This document shows, one piece after another, positions 34,663 through 44,894 of a DNA stretch of 64,000 bases (positions are counted from its first letter, which is position 1; each line of letters opens with the position of its first letter). The DNA comes from an uncultured Planctomycetota bacterium (lineage in GTDB: Bacteria > Planctomycetota > Planctomycetia > Isosphaerales > Isosphaeraceae), in the NCBI GenBank assembly GCA_963737655.1, contig CAVTTN010000002.1, positions 3,776,001 through 3,840,000 on the forward strand, read 5' to 3'. The translations under genes were made by a program, and so were the position numbers. The notes under the pieces are model-generated. The model had not been told where the DNA came from, ran no database searches, and worked only from the letters and a program-made list of their open reading frames with translations.

Positions 34663-36819
34663 TCAGGGCTGAGTGACCCCGGCGAGGACCCTCGGGGTAT
34701 ACGTGATGTTCTTCGCCTTCCTCGACGTGAACTCCAGGGTCACCGACGCGGTTTGACCGGCCCCGAACGAGCCGGCGCCCCCGAGCGGCACCGTCACATA
34801 CGGGCTTCCGGTCGGGGCGTTCTGCTGGGTCGTCCCGGAAACGTTCACCAGGCGGACCAGCGAGTTGAGGTTGTCCAGGACGAAGCTCACCGGCGCCGAG
34901 ATGGCATTGCTGGACGTGTTCTTGAGCGTGACCGTCTGGACCCAGTACTTGCCCTTCCTCTTGATCTTGCTCAGGGACACGGCCACGAGGGTCGAGACGT
35001 CGGCCTTGACCGTCTGGGTCACGGCCGTCGCGGTGGTCGAGGGCGAGGAGGCCGAATCGCCCGAATAGACCGCGGTGATCGAGTGCGAGCCGGGGGAGAG
35101 CGTCGTCGTGAGCGAGGCCACGCCCGACGAGCCGACGCCGACGGTGCCGATCACCGTCGAGCCATCCAGGAACGTGACGGTCCCCGTGGGGCCCGGGGCG
35201 GCGACCGACGCCGGGGCGACGGCCGCCGTGAGCGTGATCGGCTGGCCGGCGAGGCTGGGGTTCGTCGAGCTCGTCAGGGTCAGGGTGGTCGTCCCCTTGG
35301 TGATGCTCGCCGTGTTCACGACGGCCGTGGCCGATCCTCCGAACGAGTTGATCGTGGTCACGACCGGCTCGAACCCGGCCGAGGCATACGTGTTCGTCCC
35401 CGAGACGTTGAACCCGCCCTGCCCGTTGGCCTGGATGGTCGCGGCCGAGATGTGGCCGTCTCCCCAGTTGATCGTGGCGTAATAGTCGTTCGGAGAGGCC
35501 CCGGGATTGGCCGAGCTGAACGTGGCCACCACCCCCGAGAACGGGGCGCCGACGGTCGTCCCGATGGTCGCGACGGTCGGGTTCGTCCCGGGCGCCCCGG
35601 GGACCACGGCCGGGCCATTGGCCAGGGGGACGGGTTCGCCGTAGACGAAATCGTCGGCCGAGACGAGGTTCGTCCCGTTCTTGCCATCGACGGCCGAGCC
35701 CGAGGTGAATGTGGTCCCGTTGAACGAGAACAGGGCGTCGGTCCCGACGAAGATCGAGACCCTCGTGACGATCGGGTTGGTGAACAGCTCGCCGACGAAC
35801 TCCGGCGAGGCCGAGGCGCCCACCGGGGCGTAGATCGTCCCCAGCGGCGTGTTGCCGGCGAAATACTCGATGCCCGAGGTCCCGGCCTGCGAGACGTTCA
35901 GGAAGACGACGCCGATCCCCCGGGTCGCCGCGGCGGCCGGGGCCGACCCGGGCGCGCCGGGCGTCACGAACTGGACGCCGATCGTCGGGGTCGAGAGCGC
36001 CGGATTGTTCATCGGCGCGACCGTGTTCATCGGGCTGAACGCGGGCAGGAGCCCGGTGGCCTTGGGATCGACGATCGTGAACCCGTCATCGCTGACGGCC
36101 AGGGCCGAATCGAAGAAGACCCCCCGGGCCTGGAAGCGGTCCTGGGGGATCGCGACGGTGCTCCCCGGCGCGATCACGGTGGTCTTGCCGCCGGCCACGG
36201 AGTCCGTGCCGTCGAGGGTCACGCCGTCCCAGGTGATCGTCCGCGAGCCGCCGGCCTGAGGGGCGGCGGTCGCCCCGTTGTCCGAGCCTCCGAGCGTCGC
36301 CTTGAAGTTGGCGATCGTCGCCGCCACGTTCGCCGTCCCCACGGCCGAGAACTGCATCGGCACGCCCGGCGCCAGCGGATTGCCCGGCGAGATCGCCGCA
36401 TCGGCCACGTAGGCGGACGTCGCCGCGACCTGGTCCAGGTCGTTCTTGGCGTCGTGGACCGCGATCCCCACGGGGTAGCCGTTGTAGAAGGAGAAACGGC
36501 TATAGGTATGCGATCCCTGGACCGTGAACGTGCCCGGGGTGGTGGTGGCCACGATCGTCCCGGCCGAGGCGGCGGTGCCGTCTCCCCAGGCGATCGTGGC
36601 GGAGAGGTCGGTGGCGGCGACGGTGGGGTCGTCGTCGATCACCGTGGCCAGGTTCACCGTCTGGCTGACCCCCTCGGGGACGCTGATCGGGATCGGGGTG
36701 ACCGTGAGGGTCGCCAGCAAGGCCCGACCCTCCATCCGCTCCACGCCCGCCAGGAACCCAGGGCGCCGCCTCCTCGGCGTCCTCGCCGCGATCGGCTTGC
36801 GATTTTGAGTTCGGAACAT
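34663..36819 (-). CDS. Secreted Ig-like domain protein with planctomycete leader and central globular domain
   Basis: ATG 36819 after GGAGA; leader LAGVERMEGRALLA; two WGDG domains; TLTSSTNPS..PTGTVTFLDG; ends PRVLAGVTQP. Confidence 0.88.
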   Translation of the reverse strand: MFRTQNRKPIAARTPRRRRPGFLAGVERMEGRALLATLTVTPIPISVPEGVSQTVNLATVIDDDPTVAATDLSATIAWGDGTAASAGTIVATTTPGTFTVQGSHTYSRFSFYNGYPVGIAVHDAKNDLDQVAATSAYVADAAISPGNPLAPGVPMQFSAVGTANVAATIANFKATLGGSDNGATAAPQAGGSRTITWDGVTLDGTDSVAGGKTTVIAPGSTVAIPQDRFQARGVFFDSALAVSDDGFTIVDPKATGLLPAFSPMNTVAPMNNPALSTPTIGVQFVTPGAPGSAPAAAATRGIGVVFLNVSQAGTSGIEYFAGNTPLGTIYAPVGASASPEFVGELFTNPIVTRVSIFVGTDALFSFNGTTFTSGSAVDGKNGTNLVSADDFVYGEPVPLANGPAVVPGAPGTNPTVATIGTTVGAPFSGVVATFSSANPGASPNDYYATINWGDGHISAATIQANGQGGFNVSGTNTYASAGFEPVVTTINSFGGSATAVVNTASITKGTTTLTLTSSTNPSLAGQPITLTAAVAPASVAAPGPTGTVTFLDGSTVIGTVGVGSSGVASLTTTLSPGSHSITAVYSGDSASSPSTTATAVTQTVKADVSTLVAVSLSKIKRKGKYWVQTVTLKNTSSNAISAPVSFVLDNLNSLVRLVNVSGTTQQNAPTGSPYVTVPLGGAGSFGAGQTASVTLEFTSRKAKNITYTPRVLAGVTQP

Positions 36820-37057
36820 GTCTGTTCTCCTGGATCGAACCATCCGGCCTGGGACCGCGACGGCCCTCGTGGCCACCTCGGCGAATCGTGTCGGACCCTC
36901 CGGGCGCGACCCTTGCGCCCGTCTCGTGTACCTAGTTTGAGTCTTTCACGGATGGACCGCAAGCCCCTACCTCGCCCGCGCGACAAAATCGCCTAATCTC
37001 CCCAGATTGACACTCCCACGGGGCAGACGAGGCCCGATTTGCGAAGAATCCGGGGGC

Positions 37058-37825
37058 TCAAGGGGACGATTCGGGAGGGGCGTCGGTCGCCCGGGGCACG
37101 ATCAGCCGGGTCGGCCCGGCGGACCGGTAGCGGATGGCGGCCGGGGCCGTGATCCCTCCCGAGAGGATGATCTGGAGGGCTTCCTGGACGGTCCAGTCCA
37201 CGTCGATGACCTCGGCCTCGGGCACGAACAGGGTGAACCCGGCCGGAGGCATCATCCCGGTCACGACCCACACGCAGAGGATCGCCCGGCCGGTGTCCGA
37301 ATCGGTCAGGGACCGCGTCACCAGGGCCAGCGCCTTCGTGCCGGGATGGGGGAACTCGACCAGGACGACCCTCTTGAACGTGGGGCCGCCCCCGGGCCGG
37401 GCGAGCCCCTGGAACACGTTCCTCACGGCCTTGTAAATGATCGTGACGACCGGGAGCCGCAGCAGCACCCAGTCGAACGCCATCGAGAGCTTGGTCCTCA
37501 CGAAGTAGCCGAGAAAATAGAGGAAGACCACGGCCAGGATGATCGCGAGGAGCGGCGAGGCATACGTGTTCCACCACGGCGGCAACGGCCCCTGGGTGTA
37601 ATGCCCGGCCACCTTGCGGACCAGCTCGGCCGCCGGGTTCAGGAAGACGGACTGGAACGTGGAATAGATCCAGTAGATGATCCAGATCGTGATGACGATC
37701 GGCAGCATGAAGACCAGGCCGCCGATGATCCGGTCGCGGAAGGCGGCGAACGGGTCGGCGGGCTTGAGGGCGATCTCGGGGAGGCTGGGCGGCTTCGGCG
37801 GGGCCGGCGTTTCGAGCGGTTCCAC
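37058..37825 (-). CDS. DUF502 family membrane protein
   Basis: IIGGLVFMLPIVITIWII, LLRLPVVTIIYKAVR, FKRVVLVEFP, PPAGF, VQEALQIILSGG. Confidence 0.88.
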   Translation of the reverse strand: MEPLETPAPPKPPSLPEIALKPADPFAAFRDRIIGGLVFMLPIVITIWIIYWIYSTFQSVFLNPAAELVRKVAGHYTQGPLPPWWNTYASPLLAIILAVVFLYFLGYFVRTKLSMAFDWVLLRLPVVTIIYKAVRNVFQGLARPGGGPTFKRVVLVEFPHPGTKALALVTRSLTDSDTGRAILCVWVVTGMMPPAGFTLFVPEAEVIDVDWTVQEALQIILSGGITAPAAIRYRSAGPTRLIVPRATDAPPESSP

Positions 37826-38008
37826 GAGCGATCTCCAGCAGAGACGTGAGGGGGATCGACCAGACTAGCCTCGCCAACCGCGACCCACAACCGTTCGACT
37901 CGCCGCGCGCGCGGAATCCTCGCATCGGGGCGGCGTTCCCGATAGACTCGGGCCCTCCGATTCGCGACGATCCCGGCCGCCCCCCGACCCGAGAGAGCAG
38001 CGACGCCC

Positions 38009-39028
38009 ATGAGGAGCCAGGCGAAGACGGCCGAGATCGGCGGAGTGACCCTCCACCTCGCCTCGCCCGACCCGACCGAGGAGGGTTGGATCGGCCAGGA
38101 CGCGGTCCTCAAGCAGCTTTTGGCCTGCTGGATCGTGGTCGATCCGAGGGACCGGCCGCTCTCCCCGCGGTTGATCGGCCCTCCGGGGATCGGCAAGACC
38201 ACCCTGGCCACCGCCGCCGCCAGGCTCCGCCGCCAGCCGCTCTACATCAACCAGTGCACGGCCGACACCCGGCCCGAAGACCTGCTCGTCACGCCCGTCC
38301 TGGCCGAGTCCGGCAAGATCGCCTATCACGCCTCGCCCCTGGTCTCCGCCATGATCGCCGGGGGCGTGTGCGTCCTCGACGAGGGGAACCGGATGAACGA
38401 GAAGTCGTGGGCGAGCCTGGCCCCCCTGCTCGACCATCGCCGCTATGTCGAGAGCGTGGTCGCCGGGATCAACGTCCCCGCCCATCCCCACTTCCGCTGC
38501 TGCGTGACGATGAATGAGGACGAATCGACGTATGAGGTGCCCGATTACATCCTGTCGAGGCTCCAGCCCACGCTGACCCTGGGCTTCCCCGACCGCGACG
38601 ACGAGATGGCGATCCTGAAATATCACCTCCCGTTCGCCGAGGAAGACCTGCTGGCGCTCACGGTCGAGTTCCTCCAGCAGGCCCACGAATTGAAGCTCGA
38701 CTTCTCGCCGAGGGACGGGATCAACCTGCTCCGGTTCGCCATCAAGAGGATGGCGCAGGACCCCGACCACCCGCTCGCCCGCGACGACGCCTGGCACGAG
38801 GCGCTGATGTGCGTCCTGGGGGACGACGCCGCCGACCTCGACGAGCTCGCCCGACGGAGGCGCCGCGCCCTGGGCGGCCAGCACTCGCCGATGGGCCTGG
38901 GCGACCTGTTCTTCGACCCCGGCGACCCCATGCACCCGGACGCCGACGAAACGGGCGATGAGGACGACGAGGACGAGGACAAGGACGAGGACGAGGACGA
39001 GGACGACGGGGACGAGGACACGGACTGA
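38009..39028 (+). CDS. MoxR-type AAA+ ATPase with acidic C-terminal tail
   Basis: Walker [19 protein letters not shown], Walker [25 protein letters not shown]; tail [23 protein letters not shown]. Confidence 0.9.
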   Translation: MRSQAKTAEIGGVTLHLASPDPTEEGWIGQDAVLKQLLACWIVVDPRDRPLSPRLIGPPGIGKTTLATAAARLRRQPLYINQCTADTRPEDLLVTPVLAESGKIAYHASPLVSAMIAGGVCVLDEGNRMNEKSWASLAPLLDHRRYVESVVAGINVPAHPHFRCCVTMNEDESTYEVPDYILSRLQPTLTLGFPDRDDEMAILKYHLPFAEEDLLALTVEFLQQAHELKLDFSPRDGINLLRFAIKRMAQDPDHPLARDDAWHEALMCVLGDDAADLDELARRRRRALGGQHSPMGLGDLFFDPGDPMHPDADETGDEDDEDEDKDEDEDEDDGDEDTD

Positions 39029-39033
39029 CGCCG

Positions 39034-40899
39034 ATGGCACGAGACCGCGAAAATCCGTCGGGGGCCGACGCCTTCCTCGCCATCGGGCCGAGGATTCGCG
39101 TCCTGCCGATCGTCCACGGCTCGGGCGATTTCGCGATCCTCGCCCGGGAGGAATTGCTCGCGCGCCCGTATGATTGCCTGGCCGTGCCGTTGCCGCCCTC
39201 GTTCCAGGAGGACGTGGAGGAGGCGATCGAGCGGCTCCCCGTGGTCTCGGCCGTCCTCCAGCCCGACGCCGACGGCGAATCCGACGGGTTCAGCTATGTT
39301 CCCATCGACCCGTGTCAGGGGGTGATCGCGGCGATCCGGACGGCGATCGGCGAACGCATCCCCCGGGCGTTCATCGACCTGGAAACGCCGCGATTCGAGG
39401 CCCGCCACGCCGTCTTCCCCGACCCGTACGCCCTGAAGAAGGCGCGGCCCGAGGTGTTCGCCGCCGCCGTCCTGCCCGCGATCCCCCCGCCCGACCCGGG
39501 CCAGCCGGCCGACCGCGTCGCGTGGATGGCCGCCAGGCTCCGCGACCTGGAAACGCGGCATCGCTCCGTCCTGTTCCTCTGCTCGCTCCTGGATTGGCCC
39601 TGGATCCGGGACGCCTACAACCGACGCGTCGAGGTCGAGGCGCCCGAGCCGTTCTTCGCGCCGTTGAAGACGTTCGACGTCGATCCGAGGACCCTCCTCT
39701 TCCTCCTGGGCGAGCTGCCGTTCCTCACCGGCCTCTATGAGCGAGGGCGCCGCGAGCTGACGCCCGACGAGAACCTGTCGGTGGACGGGGTGAAGGAGAT
39801 GATCCTCGAGGCGAGGGAACGCCTGAAGGCCGAACATCCGAGGGTCGCGACGCGGTTGACCCCGCAACTGCTTTCCGTGTTCATTCGCTACGTGCGAAAC
39901 CTGTCGTTGATGGAACGCAGGCTGACGCCCGACCTGTACTCCCTGGTCGTCGCGGCGAAGCAGACGGCCGGGGACGACTTCGCCCTGGCCGTCGCCGAGA
40001 TCGCCCGGACGTATCCGCATCCCCCGAAGCCGAGGAGTCGTCGGCCCAGGATCCGGATGGGGACCGATCGGGCGGACGTCCCCGGGTTCGGCCCGTCGGC
40101 GATGGTCTGCCGGCTCCCGGGCCAGGCCCTCCACTGGAGGACCGTGGAACTCCGGCCCAAGCCGCCCGAGCCGGAGAAGAAGCGCTGGAGGCAGCGGTGG
40201 GACCCCTACGGGATGTGCTCCTGGCCGCCCGAAGACGACCGGATCGAGAGCTTCCAGAAGCACGTCCGCGACCAGGCCCAGGCCCTGATCGGCGCGGACC
40301 TCGCGCGCTCGGAGAAGTTCACGTCGAGCGTGATGGACGGCATCGACCTCCGCGAGACCCTGCGGAACTGGCACACCGGCGACCTGTACGTGAAGGTGAT
40401 CCCGCCCGATCGCGGGTCGATCGAGGCGGTCGTCTTCCTGTTCGACTCGCCGGCCGACCCGGCGAAGTACGTGAACCGGGCGACCTGGTTCGCCGAGCAC
40501 TCGGAGGAATCCACGCTCGCCTTCTTCGCCACCGACGGCTTCGCCGACATGGTCGGGCCCGGGATCGCTCGGGCCGAATACGGAGGCGCCTCGTTCCTGT
40601 TCCCTCCCCGGGCGATCCCCGACATCTGGTCCGACCCCTCGCTCGACTTCACCACGACCCTGGAGGAGCGGTTGATCGCCGGGGCGATGCTCCACAGCCG
40701 CGATCGTCACGTCGCGGTCGTCAGCGCGAGGCCCCCGCTGGCGTCGTGGCGGAGGATCGGCCGGAGGCTCGGGCGCAAGATCATCCACCTGCCCCTGAAG
40801 CGGTTCAGCGGCCAGTTGCTCGAACGATTGAGGACGTTTCACATCCTCAACGGCAAGCAGATCCGCTCCTATGCCGCCGACTACATCCGCGATGCGTGA
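39034..40899 (+). CDS. Hypothetical 621-aa protein, probable MoxR partner
   Basis: Starts 5 nt after the ATPase stop; long ORF with GC-rich third positions; no signal peptide. Confidence 0.85.
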   Translation: MARDRENPSGADAFLAIGPRIRVLPIVHGSGDFAILAREELLARPYDCLAVPLPPSFQEDVEEAIERLPVVSAVLQPDADGESDGFSYVPIDPCQGVIAAIRTAIGERIPRAFIDLETPRFEARHAVFPDPYALKKARPEVFAAAVLPAIPPPDPGQPADRVAWMAARLRDLETRHRSVLFLCSLLDWPWIRDAYNRRVEVEAPEPFFAPLKTFDVDPRTLLFLLGELPFLTGLYERGRRELTPDENLSVDGVKEMILEARERLKAEHPRVATRLTPQLLSVFIRYVRNLSLMERRLTPDLYSLVVAAKQTAGDDFALAVAEIARTYPHPPKPRSRRPRIRMGTDRADVPGFGPSAMVCRLPGQALHWRTVELRPKPPEPEKKRWRQRWDPYGMCSWPPEDDRIESFQKHVRDQAQALIGADLARSEKFTSSVMDGIDLRETLRNWHTGDLYVKVIPPDRGSIEAVVFLFDSPADPAKYVNRATWFAEHSEESTLAFFATDGFADMVGPGIARAEYGGASFLFPPRAIPDIWSDPSLDFTTTLEERLIAGAMLHSRDRHVAVVSARPPLASWRRIGRRLGRKIIHLPLKRFSGQLLERLRTFHILNGKQIRSYAADYIRDA

Positions 40900-40932
40900 A
40901 AAATCGACGAATCGAACATTCGGAGCCCGGAA

Positions 40933-41937
40933 ATGATGCTCATTCCCGCCCTCGCGGCCGCCCTGGCGATCGCCGGCGAGGGGCCGACCGTGCTCTCCGC
41001 CCCGAAATTCGGGCTGAAGGTCGAGGTCCCTTCGGAATGGAAGGTCGTCTCGCGAGAGTCGGGGGACCGCGTGTTCGTGGCGACGATCTCGCAGGCCGAT
41101 CCCGACCGCCCCGGAGTCGTCGCCTGCGAGATCGCCGTCGGGCCCGAGAACCTGGAGGAGTATCGGACCCGGATCGACGCCTCCGCGAAACGTCCCGGAT
41201 CGCCAGGGACGCTCGTCCGCAACGAGGTCCTCAAGACGCCCGAGGGCGACCGATTGGAGACGCTCAAGGAGTTCCGCCCGTCGCCGGCTTCGCTCTGGAA
41301 GGAGCGGAGCGTGAGGACGATCAAGAATCGGCAACTGTACACGTTCATCCTGAACGCCGAGGCCGCCGCCTTCGAATCGGCCGCCCCGAAATTCGAGGCG
41401 ATGATCGCGACGGCCGCGTTCTCGCCGCCGAACACGGGGGCGAAGCTCGCCGATCGCGCGTCGAATCGGTGGGTCCAGGAGGAATTCCGATTCGCCCTGG
41501 ACCTCCCCGAAGGCTGGAGGCCGGTCCTGGCGCCCGACGAGGTGGCGTTGCTGTTCGCGAACGGGCCGCCCCAGGGGATCTGGTCGGACAACCTGCTCGT
41601 CCTGGCCAGGAAGAAGGCGGCGAGAGACCTGAACGCGATGGCCGAGGCGTTCCCGGACCTCCTCCGCCAGGCCGACCCCCAGTGCGAGGTCGTCGCCTGT
41701 CGGGTGGTCAAGGCCGGCGATCGCGACGCCCTGGAAACGATCGTCCGAACCAGGCGAGGGCCGTTTTCGATGACCATCCTGGAGCGCCGATTCTCGACGG
41801 ATCGGTTCGACTACGAGGCCAAGTTCACGGTCGAAACCAAGCGGTTCGAGGCCCTCGCGCCCGCCCTCCGCAAGAGCCTGGACAGCTTCGCCGAGACACC
41901 CGGCGAGGTGGACGCGGGGCCGGGCAAGGCGGGGTGA
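40933..41937 (+). CDS. Exported protein with two tandem PsbP/DcrB-like domains
   Basis: Signal-like MMLIPALAAALAIAG; internal duplication FGLKVEVPSEWK..FEAMIATAAF / FRFALDLPEGWR..LRKSLDSF. Confidence 0.7.
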   Translation: MMLIPALAAALAIAGEGPTVLSAPKFGLKVEVPSEWKVVSRESGDRVFVATISQADPDRPGVVACEIAVGPENLEEYRTRIDASAKRPGSPGTLVRNEVLKTPEGDRLETLKEFRPSPASLWKERSVRTIKNRQLYTFILNAEAAAFESAAPKFEAMIATAAFSPPNTGAKLADRASNRWVQEEFRFALDLPEGWRPVLAPDEVALLFANGPPQGIWSDNLLVLARKKAARDLNAMAEAFPDLLRQADPQCEVVACRVVKAGDRDALETIVRTRRGPFSMTILERRFSTDRFDYEAKFTVETKRFEALAPALRKSLDSFAETPGEVDAGPGKAG

Positions 41938-42050
41938 GGGGACCTCTTGCGGAGGTTTCATCCTGGATGGCACGGGGGCCGTCCTCGGAATCCGTGCCAC
42001 CACGAATGCTTCGAAAGTGCGCTGTCGGAAACCCCTTCGAAGCATCCATA

Positions 42051-42123
42051 CGAGTAGGTCCGACTTCAGTCGGGCCTGCAAGATCCCTTGTTTCATAGGC
42101 CCGACTGAAGTCGGACCTACTCG
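42051..42123. repeat. GTAG-type REP inverted doublet (REPIN-like), family C
   Basis: Perfect 27-bp inverted repeat CGAGTAGGTCCGACTTCAGTCGGGCCT (42051-42077) / 42097-42123 with a 19-nt spacer; each arm is itself a hairpin. Confidence 0.85.
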
Positions 42124-42287
42124 TTTCCTCATTCTCCAAGGGGTTTTCTCCGGGGAACTTCAAAAGTATCTTCCACCGAGGCGGAAAACGGCCTGCCCGC
42201 GCCGGCTGGGGCGCTGCATGATCGGGCCACCTTGCTTAGAATGATCGGACGGAGACCGAAGCGACCGCAACGGGACGACGGAGCGTC

Positions 42288-44854
42288 ATGATTCGATCCG
42301 ATCCTCTCGGCCCGCTGTCCGGGGCCGTCCGAGCCTGGTTCGAGCGAGCGTTCCCCGGAGGCCCGACCCCGGCCCAGGAGGCGGCCTGGCCGGCGATCGC
42401 CGAGGGCGGCCATTCCCTGATCGTCTCGCCCACCGGCTCGGGCAAGACGCTCGCCGGCTTCCTCGCGATCGTCGATCGTCTCCATCGCGAGCACGCCGCG
42501 GGCTCGTTGAAACCGGGCATTCGTTGCGTCTATGTGTCGCCGCTCAGGAGCCTGGGATACGACGTCGAGACGAACCTTTCGGAGCCTCTCGAAGCGATCC
42601 GGGCCGACCTCGGCCTGCCGAGATCGCCGGTCTCGGTGGGCGTCCGCACCGGCGACACCTCGGCCCACTTCCGCCGGAAGATGCGGGCCGACCCGCCTCA
42701 CCTGCTGATCACCACCCCGGAGAGCCTGGCTCTGATGCTCGCCCAATCGGCGTGGGGGGCGATGTGGAGCGGGGTCGAGCAAATCCTCGTGGACGAGATC
42801 CACGCGGTCGTGCCGACCAAGAGGGGGGCGGACCTCTCGGCGTCCCTGGAACGCCTGGCGAGCCGGGCGGCGAGCGACCCGGTCCGCGTCGGCCTCTCGG
42901 CGACGTGCCGGCCGGCCGAGGTCGCCGCGCGGTTCCTGGTCGGACCCGGTCGCGATTGCCGGATCATCGAGGCGGAGCCGCCCGTCGGTTCCGGCCCGCC
43001 GGCCATCGAGGTCGAATCGCTCCTGAGGCGCGACGAGGCGGCCCATCGCGGCCTGACCTATCGCCGACTGATCCGGCGAATCCGCGACCAGGTCGCGACC
43101 GATCGCACGACGGTGGTTTTCGCGAACACGCGAGCCCTCGCCGAGAAAATTACGCACGACCTGCGACGGACCGAGTCCTCCGTGGCGGCCCACCACTCCG
43201 CGCTCGACGCGACGAGGAGGCGGGAAGTCGAGGCCGGGCTGAAATCGGGCGATCTGCGAGCGGTCGTCACGAGCACGAGCCTGGAGCTGGGCGTGGACAT
43301 CGGCTCGGCCGATTCGGCGGTGCTGGTCGGCCTGCCGGGGAGCGTCTCGCGATGCGTGCAGAGAGTCGGCCGGTCCGGGCATCGGCCGGGGTCTCGGACC
43401 CGAGGCGTGATCCTCGCCGCGACTCCGGCGGAGCTGGCCGGCGCGGTGGTCACGGCCGCGTCGTCGAGGGCGGGCCGGGTCGAGCCGCTGAGGCCGATCC
43501 GCAGCCCTCTGGATGTGCTCTGTCAGCAGTTGATCGGCATGAGTTGCTCGGAGGAATGGTCGGCCGACGAGGCCTTCGCCCTGCTCGGCCGGTCGGCCGC
43601 GTTCGCCGACCTGAGCCGCCCGGACTTCGACGATTGCCTCGCCTTCCTCGCCGGAGAACTCGCCTCGCCGGCCGGGGCGTTCGAGCCCGAGCCGGGGGCC
43701 GAGCCGAGGTGGACGGCGCCTCGGATCTGGAAGTTGAAGGGGCGATTCGGCGTGCGCAACCGGCGGGTGATCCGCTGGCTCCTCGGCAATGTCGGCACGA
43801 TCACGACCGAGGAGACGGTGTTCGTGGTCCTCGACGGCCGGGAGATCGGCTCCCTCGAAGCCTCGTACGCGGAGCGTCTCCAGGTCGGCGATCGGTTCGT
43901 GCTCGACGGCCGGTCCCTGGAATTCCTCGGGCTCGACGGCCTCAAACTCAAGGCGAAGCCGGCCGCCGGCGAGCCCGAATTGCCGAGGTGGACGAGCGAT
44001 CGGCAATCGCTCTCGGCCGAGCTGGCCCGAGACGTGGCCGCGTTTCGGGAGGAGGCGGGCCGGCTCCTGGTCGAATCGCCCTCGGCGCTGCGATCGTGGC
44101 TGGTGGAGGGGCAATCGCTCGACCTCGAGGCCGCGGGCGTGCTCGAAGACCTGCTCTCGGCCCAGGGTTCCCTGAGCGAGATCCCGCCTCCGGGCGGGCT
44201 GCTCGTCGAGGAATGGCCTCATGAACACGGGTTGGCGTATACCTTTCACGTCCCCCTCGCCCGGTCGGCGTGCGAGGCGATGGGACGGGCGGTCTCGGCG
44301 AGACTCGGGCGGCGGAGCGGTCGCGACCTGGCGTTGACCGTCGCCGATCTCGGTTTTTCGATCCGCTTGAGCGAGGGGCGCGGATCGGCGCGGACGAGCT
44401 TCCGGCGCTGCTCTCGCCCGATCGCTTCGCGGAGGACGTTTTGGAAGGTCTGGACCGCGGTGAGTTGCCGGCCCGGCGGTTCCGCCACGTGGCGAGCACG
44501 GCGATGATGGTCCTGAAGCGGCCCGAGGGCGGGCGGACGCGGGTCGGCGGGATGCTCTGGGTCAGTCGTCGCCTGTTCCCCCTGGTCAAGGCGGCGAGCC
44601 CGGATCATCCGCTGCTCCGGGAAACGTCTCGTGAGGTCCTGGAGGATCTCCTGGACGCCCCGGCGGCCCTGGAGTGGCTGAAGTCCTCGCCCGAAATCCG
44701 GTTCCGCTCGCTCGACGGCCCATCGCCGTTCACCACGGCGTGGATCGACGCCTCCGCCCCCGAACCGATGCGGTTCGAGCCGCCCGAAGAGGCGTTGCGC
44801 CGGCTCCATGCCCGATTAATCGGCGAGCCGGGAGGCATGCTCACGTCGTCGTGA
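42288..44854 (+). CDS. lhr: Lhr-type (Lhr-Core-like) SF2 helicase; frameshift in GGGG at 44375-44378
   Basis: SPTGSGKT, YVSPLRSL, RTGDT, ITTPESL, DEIH, GLSAT, TSLELGVDIG, QRVGRSGH. Continues in the 44270-44854 frame (RRFRHVA, HPLLRET, PSPF). Confidence 0.88.
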
Positions 44855-44894
44855 GCACGCCTCCCGGGGATTCCTCGACGCGGTTGTCGAGGGC

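Noticed and set aside
44370..44385. Programmed ribosomal frameshift in the helicase or other split genes
   Set aside because: No X XXY YYZ slippery heptamer at the junction; a missing G in a G run explains it.
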